Shown: positions 43,835 through 54,909, numbered from the stretch's first letter. The stretch is 64,000 nucleotides of DNA from an uncultured Methanosarcinaceae archaeon (GCA_963733675.1 CAVTET010000004.1:256001-320000); one strand, 5' to 3'. Numbers and translations: made by a program. Notes: generated by a model from the sequence alone, not told the origin.

Positions 43835-44120
43835 AAATTTCTTTTTCTTTAAAACCTAATATTGCCTTTTTCCCATTTATAATAGTTGTCGGGAAAGAAA
43901 TCGATGGATTAAAACGTCTGACCTCCTGAATAATCTGATTTTTTTCTTCTACATCAAGCTTGTCTACATATATATATTCGAAATCTACACCCAGGTCAGT
44001 AAGTAATTTCTTTGTCTTTTTGCACCATATACAGGTGCTCAGACTATACACTACAACTTTGCCCCTGTCAATCCCAGGAATATGATTTCTTTTCTCTGTA
44101 TTCTTACTAGATTGGTCCAT
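43815..44120 (-). CDS. Glutaredoxin-like protein (methanoredoxin)
   Basis: [14 protein letters not shown]; upstream of FDR. Confidence 0.9.
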   Translation of the reverse strand: MDQSSKNTEKRNHIPGIDRGKVVVYSLSTCIWCKKTKKLLTDLGVDFEYIYVDKLDVEEKNQIIQEVRRFNPSISFPTTIINGKKAILGFKEKEICEAFGF

Positions 44121-44223
44121 TACGTAAACCTCAATACACCGATTACATATATGAGTACTTTTTTTCGGAATAACTTTTATTCGGAGCCTGGCTCCAAATT
44201 AAAAACTCTATATATTTCGGGCC

Positions 44224-45417
44224 TTAATAATATCCGATCTCTTCTTTTGTAAGGTAACAGGCAGGATCATCTGCCCATACATCTCCATATACGGCTTCTG
44301 CCCGCACTCTTAAATTTCCATTGCATATATCAAACCATTTACATCTGGCACATCGATCTCCATGAGTTTTGATCAGGAGTTTCCTGTCCTTGAGCCCTGT
44401 CATCAGCTCATCGATGCGATCATTCCAAATTTCGCTGAATGGGCGTTCTCTGACATTCCCAAAAGAATAGTGTCTCCAGAACTGATCAGCATGCACAGAA
44501 CCATCCCATGACACGCATCCAATCCGGATTCCTGAGGAGTTCCCCTGGTTCATTGAGAGAAGTTCAAATACCTCAGCAGCCCTTTTTGGATTTTCTTCGA
44601 GAAGTTTCATATATAGATAGGGGCCATCACAGTGATTGTCCACAGTAAGGACTTCAGCAGGGAAACCATTTTTGTGAAGTTCTTTTGTTTTCTTGAGGAT
44701 CATATCCACTGCTTGCCTTGACTCCTCGAGAGATAGGTCTTCACTTACCATATTCGAGCCTCTACCTGCATAAACCAGGTGGTAAAAACATATTCTAGGA
44801 ATTTTTTCTTCTTTTAGAAGTTTAAAGATTTCAGGAATTTCTTGGAAGTTTTGCTTATTCATGGTAAAACGTAGCCCCACCTTTATGCCTTCGTCCTGAC
44901 AATTGTGTAGGCCCCGTAAAGCTGCGTCAAATGCTCCTTTCATCCCCCGAAACTTGTCATTTGTTTCCCTTATCCCGTCCAGAGAGACTCCCACGTAAGA
45001 AAGATCTATAGCCTTTAATTTATTTGCAAGTTCTTCATCTATGAGCGTTCCGTTTGTAGAAATCACAGCCCTCATTCCTTTTTTTTGAGCATAGGCTGCG
45101 AGTTCTGGGAGGTCTTTTCGCAAAGTTGGCTCCCCTCCGGAAAAAAGGATTACTGGACTTCCAAAATTCACAAGGTCATCGATAAGAGCCTTTCCTTCGT
45201 CTGTAGAAAGCTCGTTTTCAAATTCTATGTCCTTTGCCCGGGCATAACAATGGATACATTTCAGATTGCAGCGGCGGGTCATGTTCCAGACCACTACAGG
45301 CTTTTTGTCTTTTGAAAACTGTAGGAGGTAAGAGGGAAGCCTCTTTGACTCATTTCCATAGCGGAGTGCATCAGAAGGTTCCACAGTTCCGCAGTAGAGT
45401 TTTGAAATGCCTATCAT
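44224..45417 (-). CDS. ahbC: 12,18-didecarboxysiroheme deacetylase (radical SAM)
   Basis: MIGISKLYCG..DALRY, WNMTRRCNLKCIHCY, CFYHLVYAGRG, TVDNHCDG, HADQFWR. Confidence 0.93.
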   Translation of the reverse strand: MIGISKLYCGTVEPSDALRYGNESKRLPSYLLQFSKDKKPVVVWNMTRRCNLKCIHCYARAKDIEFENELSTDEGKALIDDLVNFGSPVILFSGGEPTLRKDLPELAAYAQKKGMRAVISTNGTLIDEELANKLKAIDLSYVGVSLDGIRETNDKFRGMKGAFDAALRGLHNCQDEGIKVGLRFTMNKQNFQEIPEIFKLLKEEKIPRICFYHLVYAGRGSNMVSEDLSLEESRQAVDMILKKTKELHKNGFPAEVLTVDNHCDGPYLYMKLLEENPKRAAEVFELLSMNQGNSSGIRIGCVSWDGSVHADQFWRHYSFGNVRERPFSEIWNDRIDELMTGLKDRKLLIKTHGDRCARCKWFDICNGNLRVRAEAVYGDVWADDPACYLTKEEIGYY

Positions 45418-45432
45418 GTCTATCTTCACAAC

Positions 45433-46236
45433 TTAGAATCGGTTCTTCATTGCCTTTAGTAGTGCTTCGAAAGTGAACTCTTCTGGAATCACTGTTGTGT
45501 TGACCCCATGCTGCTTCAGGGTGTTTCCTGTTGGGATCCCTATAGCTCCTATAACGGCCTTGTTAAGAGCCTTTTTTACGGTTTCCCCTGCTCCCATCAT
45601 CTCTGCATGCTTCATGAAGCCTTTTACCATCATTGAGCTTGTGAAAGCAAAGGCATCCACTTCTCCTTCAAGAGTGCGTTTTATTAGCTTTTTCTGGATA
45701 GCTCCTTCAGGAACGCTGAGTGTATACACATGAGTCTCATAAACCATGGCTCCGCATTCTTCAAGTCCTTCTGTTAAGACCTTAGTCCCAAAAGCGCTTC
45801 TCACAATGTCTACTGTTTTTCCTTTTACCACCAGGCAGAGAGCCTCCAAAATACCTTCAGAGCTGTAGTTTCTTGGGAGAAAGGAATTATCAATTCCTAT
45901 TTTTATGAGTTCTTTTTCCGTATTAGGGCCAATTGCTATTACCCTATTTTTTTTCAATCCTGTGATTAAGTCGTTTTTTTCGCTTTCAGAGAGCTTTTCC
46001 ATAGTAAAATTTATTCCATTTGCACTTGTAAAGATTACATAGTCAGAAGTTTCGGTTATAACTCTTCGTACGAAGGGGTCAAAACCTTCATCTTTCATGC
46101 CTTCAAGCTTTATCATAGGTGCATAGATTGACCTAAAGTTGTAATTTCGAGCAATAGCCTCTGACTTCTTCCTGTAGTTTTCCGGCCTCATGATTGCGAG
46201 GATCGGTATTTTTTTATTTTTTTGTTTTTCTGTCAT
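45433..46236 (-). CDS. hemD: Uroporphyrinogen-III synthase
   Basis: IFTSANG, AIGPNT, FTSSMMV, AIGIPT; context. Confidence 0.9.
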   Translation of the reverse strand: MTEKQKNKKIPILAIMRPENYRKKSEAIARNYNFRSIYAPMIKLEGMKDEGFDPFVRRVITETSDYVIFTSANGINFTMEKLSESEKNDLITGLKKNRVIAIGPNTEKELIKIGIDNSFLPRNYSSEGILEALCLVVKGKTVDIVRSAFGTKVLTEGLEECGAMVYETHVYTLSVPEGAIQKKLIKRTLEGEVDAFAFTSSMMVKGFMKHAEMMGAGETVKKALNKAVIGAIGIPTGNTLKQHGVNTTVIPEEFTFEALLKAMKNRF

Positions 46237-46257
46237 ATCCCTATACCCTCGAGTCTA

Positions 46258-47025
46258 TTAAAATTCAGTTCTAGTATGTTGCTCTCCAAGAACCTTATGC
46301 AGGTTGACCACATCACCCACAATAATGATGGCAGGAGCCTTTACTTTACGTTCCTTTGCAAGATCTGCAATTGTTGCAAGTTTCCCCACAGTCACCCTTT
46401 GGTCAGGCCTGGTCCCTCTCTCAATAACTGCAACAGGTGTCTTAGGATCCTTACCATGCTTAATTAACTCGTCTGCGTTCCAGCCTAACATTTTCACACC
46501 CATCAAGATTACAATAGTTCCTCTTAACTTTGCTAGGGTTTTCCAGTCAAGCCCACTCTCAGGCTTTGTGGGATCTTCATGTCCGGTTATGAAAGTGACC
46601 ATTGATGCGCTTTCCCGGTGGGTTAATGGAATTCCAGCATAAGTAGGCACTGCAATTGCGGAAGTAATTCCTGGAACGACTTCAAAATCGATGCCTTCTG
46701 TTACAAGCACTTCGGCTTCTTCTCCCCCTCTTCCAAAAATATAGGGATCTCCTCCCTTTAGCCGGACAACCATTTTTCCTTCCTTTGCTTTCTGCACAAG
46801 CACTTCATTTATCTCTGTCTGAGACATGGTGTGATTCCCAGCATATTTCCCAACATCTATTTTTTCCGCACTTGCAGGCATAGAGTCCAAGATTACTTTT
46901 CCAGGGAGCTGGTCATAAATAATTACTTCAGCGTTGTCAATCAGACGGCGAGCTTTCAGGGTTAGGAGCTCAGGGTCACCTGGACCTGAGCCTATAAGGT
47001 AAGCTTTTCCGTAATTTCCTGACAT
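46258..47025 (-). CDS. cobA: Uroporphyrinogen-III C-methyltransferase (SUMT)
   Basis: GSGPGDPELLTLKA, RLKGGDPYIFGRGGEE, VPGITSA, THR. Confidence 0.96.
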   Translation of the reverse strand: MSGNYGKAYLIGSGPGDPELLTLKARRLIDNAEVIIYDQLPGKVILDSMPASAEKIDVGKYAGNHTMSQTEINEVLVQKAKEGKMVVRLKGGDPYIFGRGGEEAEVLVTEGIDFEVVPGITSAIAVPTYAGIPLTHRESASMVTFITGHEDPTKPESGLDWKTLAKLRGTIVILMGVKMLGWNADELIKHGKDPKTPVAVIERGTRPDQRVTVGKLATIADLAKERKVKAPAIIIVGDVVNLHKVLGEQHTRTEF

Positions 47026-47393
47026 TTGATGACAATTCCTTTATGGTTTTGAGATTTAAAATGTGTAATCTGGGGAAGTTTAACGAGTTTTTAGAATATA
47101 TAATATCCTAAAAGTAAAGATAAAATTCTTCGAATAATAGATCCAAATCAAATTTACGATGTCACCCCCAACTGAAATAAATATAGTATGTTAATGCGGC
47201 TTTGCACCTAAAGTCACATTTTAGCTCGACTTTAGGTGCAGAAATCAGACTTTAGGTGCAAGTTCAAAATTAGAGCATTTTTCTGATGTGAGATAGTTCT
47301 CAATTAGATTAATTAATTTTAAAATATATTAATAATGCCAATATTATTTTTTAAAAAAAGTTTGAGATGGGAAACCCAGCTCAAGCGGAGAAT

Positions 47394-47510
47394 TTAATTC
47401 TCCTGCAAAACTTTTTGTAGTTGGATACTTACTTTTGCTTTAATCCAAACAAAAATTGATTGGATTATAACATTTATGATAGCTCCAACTACATATTCAA
47501 GGTATTCCAT
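47394..47510 (-). CDS. 38-aa hydrophobic peptide carried in the transposon
   Basis: AGGAG RBS; MEYLEYVVGAIINVIIQSIFVWIKAKVSIQLQKVLQEN; hairpin at 47362-47384 just downstream. Confidence 0.5.
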   Translation of the reverse strand: MEYLEYVVGAIINVIIQSIFVWIKAKVSIQLQKVLQEN

Positions 47511-47851
47511 TTTTGAATACTCCTATCGATATCGTCGATCGTCATAGTATTTTATGATCATCTTCGATTCTTGTAATCGACAAAGTATCCACTAATCTTA
47601 AAAGTTAATAATCTAGTAAAACAGGCTAATATTTTATATACTAACACATTAGTATATACTATATGACCTTTTATGGGTTTATCAACTAATTAGTGTATAT
47701 ACAAATCGATTTGAATAAGTTGAGAGTTACCGACTCAACTTATTGGCAAAATTATAGAATATATTTTTTGTTAAAACCTCCTTTTAAATTCTTAATAAGC
47801 TTACGATGTCATGCTTTTTAAACTTTTGCAAAAGAATAGCAGCGAAGCTCA

Positions 47852-49084
47852 TTAAAAAAACTCTGGATTAATACCATTTTCGTACATCTCATGGATCACT
47901 ACCGTCAAATTATATGCGGCTACTTTTGCCAATAATTCATTTTCCTGAGCGACTCTATTTTTAGATTTTAAGGTCTCTCCGAACTTTCTTTTAATAGCTG
48001 CATTTGTAGATTCAATATTACTTCTCTTATGAAAGTGCTCCATGAACTCTTCACGGTTAAGCTGAAAGTAGTGATACATCTTCTTCCACATAGCAGATCC
48101 AGCTGCCCTTCCAGTCGCATTTTTCTTAAAAGGAATATATGGCTTTGCGCCAATACTATTTACCGTTTCAAGATTTTTGCGGGATGAATAAGCTAAGTCG
48201 GCGGAAACTTCACTGATCATGAAGCCTTCGGATGTCTGGTTAATCAATAAGCTAAATTGTGGAGAGTCATTGCAATTCCCATCCGTTATGCTCACAGAAG
48301 TAACTATGTTAGTCTTTACACCTACGCACATATGGGCTTTAAGCCACTGATGTTCATTGTTCTGGCCATGCTTCACCCCATTATATACGTTGAATGTTGT
48401 GGTTCTAAATCCTGTAGAGTCTACACTAAAATCTGATTCTAATCCGGCTACTGGTAATGCAGATAAGAAGACTAATTTATGCAAAATTTGAGTAATGTCC
48501 GGATTGTTGAAGAGTTTTGAAGGTGCATTAAAATGTGGTGTATGCTTTATTTGACCTTTCTCAGTTGCATTCTGGAACAGACTATATGCTCGACGGCTAG
48601 ATAATTGAGAATAAACCTTTTGGATAGCACAGAAAATTGAGTCATGAAGTGATAAGCGCGGTCTTCCCATTGTTTGCTCTGGTTCAGGGATCGACACAAC
48701 TAAGTCTTTCAGTAATTCATCAGATAGTTTCATTTCTGCTTTCTGAGCTGCATTATAAGCGTTCCACGCTTGAGTATATGTTAAATGTATCTTTTCAGCT
48801 GTTGTGTCATTTGGAGACTCTTTTTGGACTTCTAAGTAAAACTTAGTAGCTATAATATGTTTGCATCTTCCACCACGATTGATAAAATCAGGACATGTGC
48901 AAGTCATTCCATAATCTGTTTCTCGGACATCATAGAATCTATTTTTGGATTGAGACTGCACCTTAAATAAGTGTTCTTTGACCTGTTTTATTTGACTGCT
49001 TTGATTAGCAATTACTTTGCCACGATCTTCCTTGGTGGTTGTATTTTGTGTGATGGCGTTATCAGATAATTTACTCATCTCCAT
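47852..49084 (-). CDS. DDE transposase with N-terminal SWIM zinc finger
   Basis: TCTCPDF..RGGRCKHIIA (SWIM); VDSTGF, WLKAH, NDS, SADLAYSS, PYIP, HKRSNIES..IKRKFG. Confidence 0.92.
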   Translation of the reverse strand: MEMSKLSDNAITQNTTTKEDRGKVIANQSSQIKQVKEHLFKVQSQSKNRFYDVRETDYGMTCTCPDFINRGGRCKHIIATKFYLEVQKESPNDTTAEKIHLTYTQAWNAYNAAQKAEMKLSDELLKDLVVSIPEPEQTMGRPRLSLHDSIFCAIQKVYSQLSSRRAYSLFQNATEKGQIKHTPHFNAPSKLFNNPDITQILHKLVFLSALPVAGLESDFSVDSTGFRTTTFNVYNGVKHGQNNEHQWLKAHMCVGVKTNIVTSVSITDGNCNDSPQFSLLINQTSEGFMISEVSADLAYSSRKNLETVNSIGAKPYIPFKKNATGRAAGSAMWKKMYHYFQLNREEFMEHFHKRSNIESTNAAIKRKFGETLKSKNRVAQENELLAKVAAYNLTVVIHEMYENGINPEFF

Positions 49085-49215
49085 ATATATAATATATTTA
49101 ATGTATTTAATACATTAAATGCATTCACTGAATATAAATGTTTGTATATATTTAATATCGTACATATATAAAACACGTAAAAAACATTATATGCATTCAA
49201 CACATATCATATTTT

Positions 49216-49404
49216 ATGGAGATAGTACCGAAAAGAAAACCAGTTATTAAGAGAAATATAGTATTAAAAATCAATACTTATGAACGATTAGATAAATATA
49301 AAATAAAATTAATAAATGAAAAAGATACATCCCAACTAAGCTATGATGATGTGATAAATTCCTTGCTCGACAAAGTACAAAGCTCAACTAAAAATTGCCT
49401 TTAG
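49216..49404 (+). CDS. Small putative DNA-binding protein (RHH/CopG-like), divergent from transposase
   Basis: NIVLKINTYERLDKYK...SYDDVINSLLD. Confidence 0.7.
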   Translation: MEIVPKRKPVIKRNIVLKINTYERLDKYKIKLINEKDTSQLSYDDVINSLLDKVQSSTKNCL

Positions 49405-50598
49405 TTTATCCGTTGCTTGTATTTGTTCTAATAAATTATTAATATCTATATTTAGGTGCAGAAATTCGACTTTAGGTGCAAGATTAATACTTTAGGTGCA
49501 AAACGTACTTTAAGTGCAAAGCCTGTTAATGCTAAAGCTTTTAATATAAGTAAATTATTCAAAATTAAATATCTTTATTTTCTTATATTGATTCTTTTTC
49601 TTCATGATTTCCCTTATTGTCAACGTAGTTTTTAATTATATCCGAAGTTGTAACATCATCCTTAGTTTCAATGAAACCTGCATAACTCCGGATTTCATCA
49701 TCCATAAGTGTTTTTAATCTTAGAAAACTCTTTAACTATTTTTCATATTATACTTTTTATGATCTAAATCACTCTTGAAGGGAAATATTTTGGTTCGAGA
49801 TCAGCGAAAAGCTTTACATGATCATCATGAGTAAATGAGAGCATTTGTGTAAACCGTTTTCACTATCTTTATGGACTCTATCAGTTCTGAAGGCATAGGT
49901 GCATTTTTATGCAACCTAAAAATTTGGCGTGCTCAGCGCATAGCTGCATTGTTATAATTGTATGAATTTTCAGAGAGTAGCTTATTTGTGATCAATTTTC
50001 AATCAGAGCTGCGGGTTATGATATAAGTATACGTACCTCCGTGATCGATCAAAAACTGCCACTTTGCTTTGAGATCTGAAAAAAGCAGATGTATAGTATT
50101 AATTATTAATCAGGAAATTTTGTACTTAATTTCTCAAACAGATTTTGTGATTTTGTCCTTTTATATCCTTTCATACCTTCCAAAATATCAATATTAGATG
50201 CATTCGAACCAGAGGAAATTACTCGCGTTAAGAGACTGTGTTCCTTATTATTGAAAAATGATTATATGAGTATATCATTATGAGTATTATTATTAATATT
50301 CTAATTATTATTAATATTCTCATTATTAGTATTTATGAAAATCCCATATATGATTGAGAATACAAAAGGATAATTCGCTAAAAGGGAGAAAGGTCGTGAT
50401 AAAAGAAACGTCCTTTTCGTTGTAGTCCTTTATGCAATGATGTCATGCTGCCTGCTTTCAGAAAAATAGCAGAAGCAAAATATCTAGGCTATGTGGCATT
50501 CTAGGAGAGGTCTAAATCCACAAATCCAATGTGAAAAGAGATTCCAGAATGGAGATGACCATCACTGTAAAATAAGATCAAAAGAATAGCAATTTCAA

Positions 50599-51765
50599 AT
50601 GATCTGTAAAATTATAGTCGAAGGTACAACAAAGGTTTTAGTCCCAATACCGCCTAAGGATGCGACCTTCCCCCCCTCTGCAGCTCCAGTTTTTTATAAT
50701 CCAGAGATGGAGCTTAATCGCGATATCAATGTAGCAGCCACAGCAGCATTTGTGGAAAGGCTTCTTTCCAAAAAAATGATTATAAGGGAAAAAATTAGCT
50801 ATGTTGATGCATTTTCTGCGTCAGGGATAAGAGGACTTCGGATCGCAGGAGAAGTGGGCATACATGCGATCTTAAATGACTGGAGCCAAGAAGCTTTTGA
50901 AATGATAACGGAGAATATCAAAATTAACGGGCTTGAGGGAAAAACACTGGCTACTCGCAAGAATGCAAACTTGTTGCTTCATGAAAAAAAATTTCATATC
51001 GTAGATATTGATCCTTTTGGCACACCTTCTCCCTTCTTGGATGCAGCTTCTGCATCAGTACAGAATCTGCTATCGGTTACGGCAACAGATACAGCTCCCC
51101 TGTGTGGGGCCCACCTAAATTCAGGAATTCGTAAATATGCTGCTGTTCCTTTGAACACTGAGTATCATAGTGAGATGGGTCTGCGAGTCCTTCTGGGAGC
51201 TTGTGCAAGAGAACTTGCAAAACATGAAAAAGGTATGTCTCCCCTTCTTTCACATGTGACACGTCACTACGTCCGCACTTACCTCGAAATTACTCCCGGA
51301 ACAAAGCAGGTTGATAGGACTTTAAAGTCGATGGGTTTCAGTATTCACTGCCCGATGTGCGGGTTTAGAGGACATGTGTACGGGCTAGCAGTGTACATTG
51401 ACAAAGAATGCCCTTCATGCAATGCTCTCACACAAATCGCAGGCCCTTTATGGCTTGGGCCTTTCAGAGAACCTAGCTTCTGTAATGAGGTTATTTCAAA
51501 AATCGAAATATATCCTCTAAATACAAAAAGTAAAGCAAAAAAATTAATTATGTTATGTAGAGATGAACTCGATATTCCTATGTTCTATGATCAACATGTG
51601 ATCTGTAAAGGACTAAAGGCTTCTGCAACCGGAATAGAAACTCTGATCGAAGCCCTTAAGGCCAATGAGTTTAAAGCTTCCAGAATTCACTTCAACGGAA
51701 CTTCATTCAGGACTGATGCACCTATTTTCAAAATAAAAAAAATAATCCGAGACCTTTCAGGATAA
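50599..51765 (+). CDS. trm1: tRNA (guanine26-N2)-dimethyltransferase
   Basis: VFYNPEMELNRD, SASGIRGLR, DIDPFGTP, VTATDTAPLCG, GPLWLG. Confidence 0.96.
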   Translation: MICKIIVEGTTKVLVPIPPKDATFPPSAAPVFYNPEMELNRDINVAATAAFVERLLSKKMIIREKISYVDAFSASGIRGLRIAGEVGIHAILNDWSQEAFEMITENIKINGLEGKTLATRKNANLLLHEKKFHIVDIDPFGTPSPFLDAASASVQNLLSVTATDTAPLCGAHLNSGIRKYAAVPLNTEYHSEMGLRVLLGACARELAKHEKGMSPLLSHVTRHYVRTYLEITPGTKQVDRTLKSMGFSIHCPMCGFRGHVYGLAVYIDKECPSCNALTQIAGPLWLGPFREPSFCNEVISKIEIYPLNTKSKAKKLIMLCRDELDIPMFYDQHVICKGLKASATGIETLIEALKANEFKASRIHFNGTSFRTDAPIFKIKKIIRDLSG

Positions 51766-52198
51766 TCAATATTTAGGTATCGTATCCATATCCAATCTTT
51801 TTCAATTTTCTTATTATATAATGTATTGTATCGATACTTAAGCACTAGCGCTATGTAATACGTGATTTGCCCATAGCTAATGTTTAATTCCAATAGCTAT
51901 CATCTCCAGGTCTGAGGTGGGTAGGCACCACCTCTGACAATGGTATCTAAAGCAAACTCATTTTACGTAGGAGCGATGATTTAGAGTATTAAACTAAAAC
52001 AAATAAATACGGAGGTTCACTTTATTTCTGACTCAAAGAATACAGTACTTGTGACCCTCCAAACTCCGGAAGTAATAAATTCGGTAAAAAATTGAAGATT
52101 GAGATTGTTACAATATTATATATAAACCATTAAATGATAGTAAAAAGCCTTAGCTCAGATTCAAAAAACAATTTACTAATAAATTTCAATGTGATATT

Positions 52199-52828
52199 AT
52201 GCCCGATGAAAATGTAGAAAAGTTATTTTTACAGGAAAAACCCACTCTTACGCTGTTATTTATAGGCTCGATGGAAAAGACATATGCTTCGGTTATTTCA
52301 AAAGAGATAGATTCCACGTTTGCCCATACAACGAGAATCTTAGCAAAAATGGAACAGTCCGGCCTCATAAAATTCACATTCGATGGACGAATAAAATTTG
52401 TTGAACTTACTAAATATGGGAAGGGAGTTGAAACTGCCCTTAAAGATTTCAGGAATGTACTCTCAGAGGAGATCATTGTAGAAAATGTACAGAAAGAAGA
52501 GTTTGAAAAAGAAGACTTAGATAAAAGCAAAAGAGAAAATATTGAAGAAGATAAAGAAAAACTTGAACATGTCGAAGAACTTAACCCTATAAATGCTGCA
52601 ATCCTTGAGAAAATAAAGAATCTCAAGAGTAAGATCGAAAGCATCCACAGGGGTGTATTAGAACAGAGGGATAGCAAAGATGCAGTATCCCGAAAACTCG
52701 GCCCTTATAGCCGGGATATTAAAAAGCTCCATAACCAAATTACAAAGGCTGAAAGTCCTATTAATGAAACTGTTACATTAGCCCTGAAAGAAAGTGAAAG
52801 ACTTCTTGAATCTTACCTGAAGAGTTAA
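52199..52828 (+). CDS. MarR-like winged-helix regulator with C-terminal helical extension
   Basis: TYASVISKEIDSTFAHTTRIL..MEQSGLI...GRIKFVELT..G. Confidence 0.8.
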   Translation: MPDENVEKLFLQEKPTLTLLFIGSMEKTYASVISKEIDSTFAHTTRILAKMEQSGLIKFTFDGRIKFVELTKYGKGVETALKDFRNVLSEEIIVENVQKEEFEKEDLDKSKRENIEEDKEKLEHVEELNPINAAILEKIKNLKSKIESIHRGVLEQRDSKDAVSRKLGPYSRDIKKLHNQITKAESPINETVTLALKESERLLESYLKS

Positions 52829-52989
52829 AATTGGACTTGTCTAATTCCATAAAAAAAGACTTTTAAATATCTTTGGAATTGCCATGAGTTATCCGTAATT
52901 GTACTAGCTATCTCTGCGATTTATTTAAAATCCAGAAAAAGAATTAAGAAATCTTCAAAAAATATATATAAGTAACCGGCAGGGAAAAA

Positions 52990-53709
52990 ATGATCAAAGT
53001 TGTAACACTCCAGCATGTTTATGGAAAAAGCCGGGAACGGATGACTGGCCTTCTGAAAACCCTGATTGAGAATGATTTGAAAAATCTTGAAGTAAAGGTT
53101 AATATCTCAACTACTTTGGAAAAATGGGTTGAATTGTTTCTTGAAGGCGAGGATGAAGAAGTATCTGCCAACTTACTAATTTCCAGGTATGGGACACCTA
53201 CGGTAAAAGCTGAACGTGGAAAGAAATATACGGGATTTCTTCAAGCTTTTTTAGAAGATGCTTTTCTAGTTAATATCGGCATACATGTCAGGGTTGAAAC
53301 CGAAGAATTAAAAGCACTGGGAAGCGGAAAACCAAAACAACTTGCATCCAGATTCGGCCTGATACCTAATCTTCCGGTTGAAATCGAAGTTTTTGAGATC
53401 AAAAAAGAAATTAAAACCCGTTTTACCAAAAAACAGCTTGATTTGTGGTGGAAATGGAAGAAAGCAAGTACTGATAGGGTTACAGTTAATGGAGCAACTC
53501 GTTCGGAAATTAAATACTCAATAAAAAAGACCGGTCATAGTAGAGATATTTATGGAATAGAGCGCCTAGGACTATTGGAACATGCAATAGTATGCCGGGA
53601 AAACACAGATGGCCCCGGCATAGTGGCATCAATAGGGCCCTTCCTGCACTCAGAGATTGGAGTTGTAATCGGGGACGCACACCTAAGAATGTGCCGAAAA
53701 ATAGGTTAA
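52990..53709 (+). CDS. DUF2110-like conserved archaeal protein
   Basis: GEDEEVSANLL, RFGLI, GHSRDI..IERLGLLEHAIVC...TDGPG. Confidence 0.75.
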   Translation: MIKVVTLQHVYGKSRERMTGLLKTLIENDLKNLEVKVNISTTLEKWVELFLEGEDEEVSANLLISRYGTPTVKAERGKKYTGFLQAFLEDAFLVNIGIHVRVETEELKALGSGKPKQLASRFGLIPNLPVEIEVFEIKKEIKTRFTKKQLDLWWKWKKASTDRVTVNGATRSEIKYSIKKTGHSRDIYGIERLGLLEHAIVCRENTDGPGIVASIGPFLHSEIGVVIGDAHLRMCRKIG

Positions 53710-54168
53710 GGCTCGATATATATTTTTTAGGTAGAACCGACTTTTTGCAGATATCTCCTCAAAAATAGTATTTTTCATAATTTTCCCTATTAACTTTAGT
53801 ATTTTTTTTAATTACATTTATACTTATAATTTGAATTACCACTTGTGAGTCCACTTCATTTTTTTTACTTCTGTAATCTATCTCATCAGAATGGAAACTC
53901 ATTTCAATGTTGATTTTTGAGTTTGTTTCTTAATTTGATATGATATTGTTTCCGCTGATTCTTTTAGTCTTTTTCTTAGTTTCCATTCTACCACAGAATA
54001 AACTATCAAAATTAGGACCATGATCATTAGTAGTGCTTCAATTCTTTTAGGTTTTTTTTAAATAAACTTCAGATACCTTGAAACTTTTGTCTTTTATGAA
54101 AGTACGCCCTTTTTTCGCTTTACTTTGTTTTTTGTCGTGCTCCAGTATTTTATTAAGCATCAAGATTA

Positions 54169-54279
54169 GGTCGTGCCCACGAGTCATTGATCAAATCTAG
54201 AAGACAAGTATACCTTCATTTAGGGGAAAATGTAGAGAGATTCTTTGTTTACGATTTTCAACAAATCTTTGACACGACC
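54169..54279. mobile_element. MITE-like element copy B (~111 bp)
   Basis: TIR GGTCGTG / CACGACC; homologous to 6694-6806. Confidence 0.65.
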
Positions 54280-54909
54280 CAATTTTCTCCTACAAATTCA
54301 ATGTTTCAGTCCAAAAATCCAAAAATAACTAGATTTTGTACCAGATTCAAATGAATGCAATCAATCAAAAACCCAGTAAATACTAAAAACATAATTGATA
54401 TAAAATTATTTTTTGATTTGAAAATATTTAATGAGGAAGTAATTTTTATTCAGAAATTATTTTTTTTATAATTAATTTAAAATAACGAGGAAATAATTTA
54501 CTTTTATATAATAATTTACTTTTATAGCTTAATACAAACAGATAAAAAGTTAGAGAGTGAGGAATTACCTGTAGAGTGTGTGAGTATGTAGATTATACAT
54601 AGAGAATTTTGATAAACTTCCGATTTTAACAAATTGCTTCCCCTCTCTTTTTCTTTCATAGAGTGTTATTTTAATTAAACTTGATCCTGTAATTGGGATA
54701 GAAATCATGCATTTGAACCGAAAGACGGTAGTATTTAATGTTTGTCATACTTGATTTTATACCTCGGGTGGGTAAGTTTTATGGGGTAAAGTGATACCTT
54801 AAGGTCAATTTGTACATGAATTTCAGAAAATTTATGATCTAAATTTTAAGTTAACGTTGCTCATTATCCAATTGGAGAAATTGCTTGAATTTTAAGACAG
54901 CTTCTAATT

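Larger units (their letters stand above)
47198..49523 (-). mobile_element. Complete 2326-bp transposon, IS5-family/IS903-like ends, with passengers
   Basis: 17-bp TIR GGCTTTGCACCTAAAGT / ACTTTAAGTGCAAAGCC (1 mismatch); 9-bp TSD TGTTAATGC at 47189-47197 and 49524-49532; subterminal TTTAGGTGCA repeats. Confidence 0.93.

Noticed and set aside
49451-49523. 20-bp-periodic TTTAGGTGCA repeats as mini-CRISPR
   Set aside because: Too short, and they are copies of the transposon TIR core
51910-51938. Hairpin GAGGTGG-N7-CCACCTC after trm1
   Set aside because: Single short stem, no second copy or family recognised
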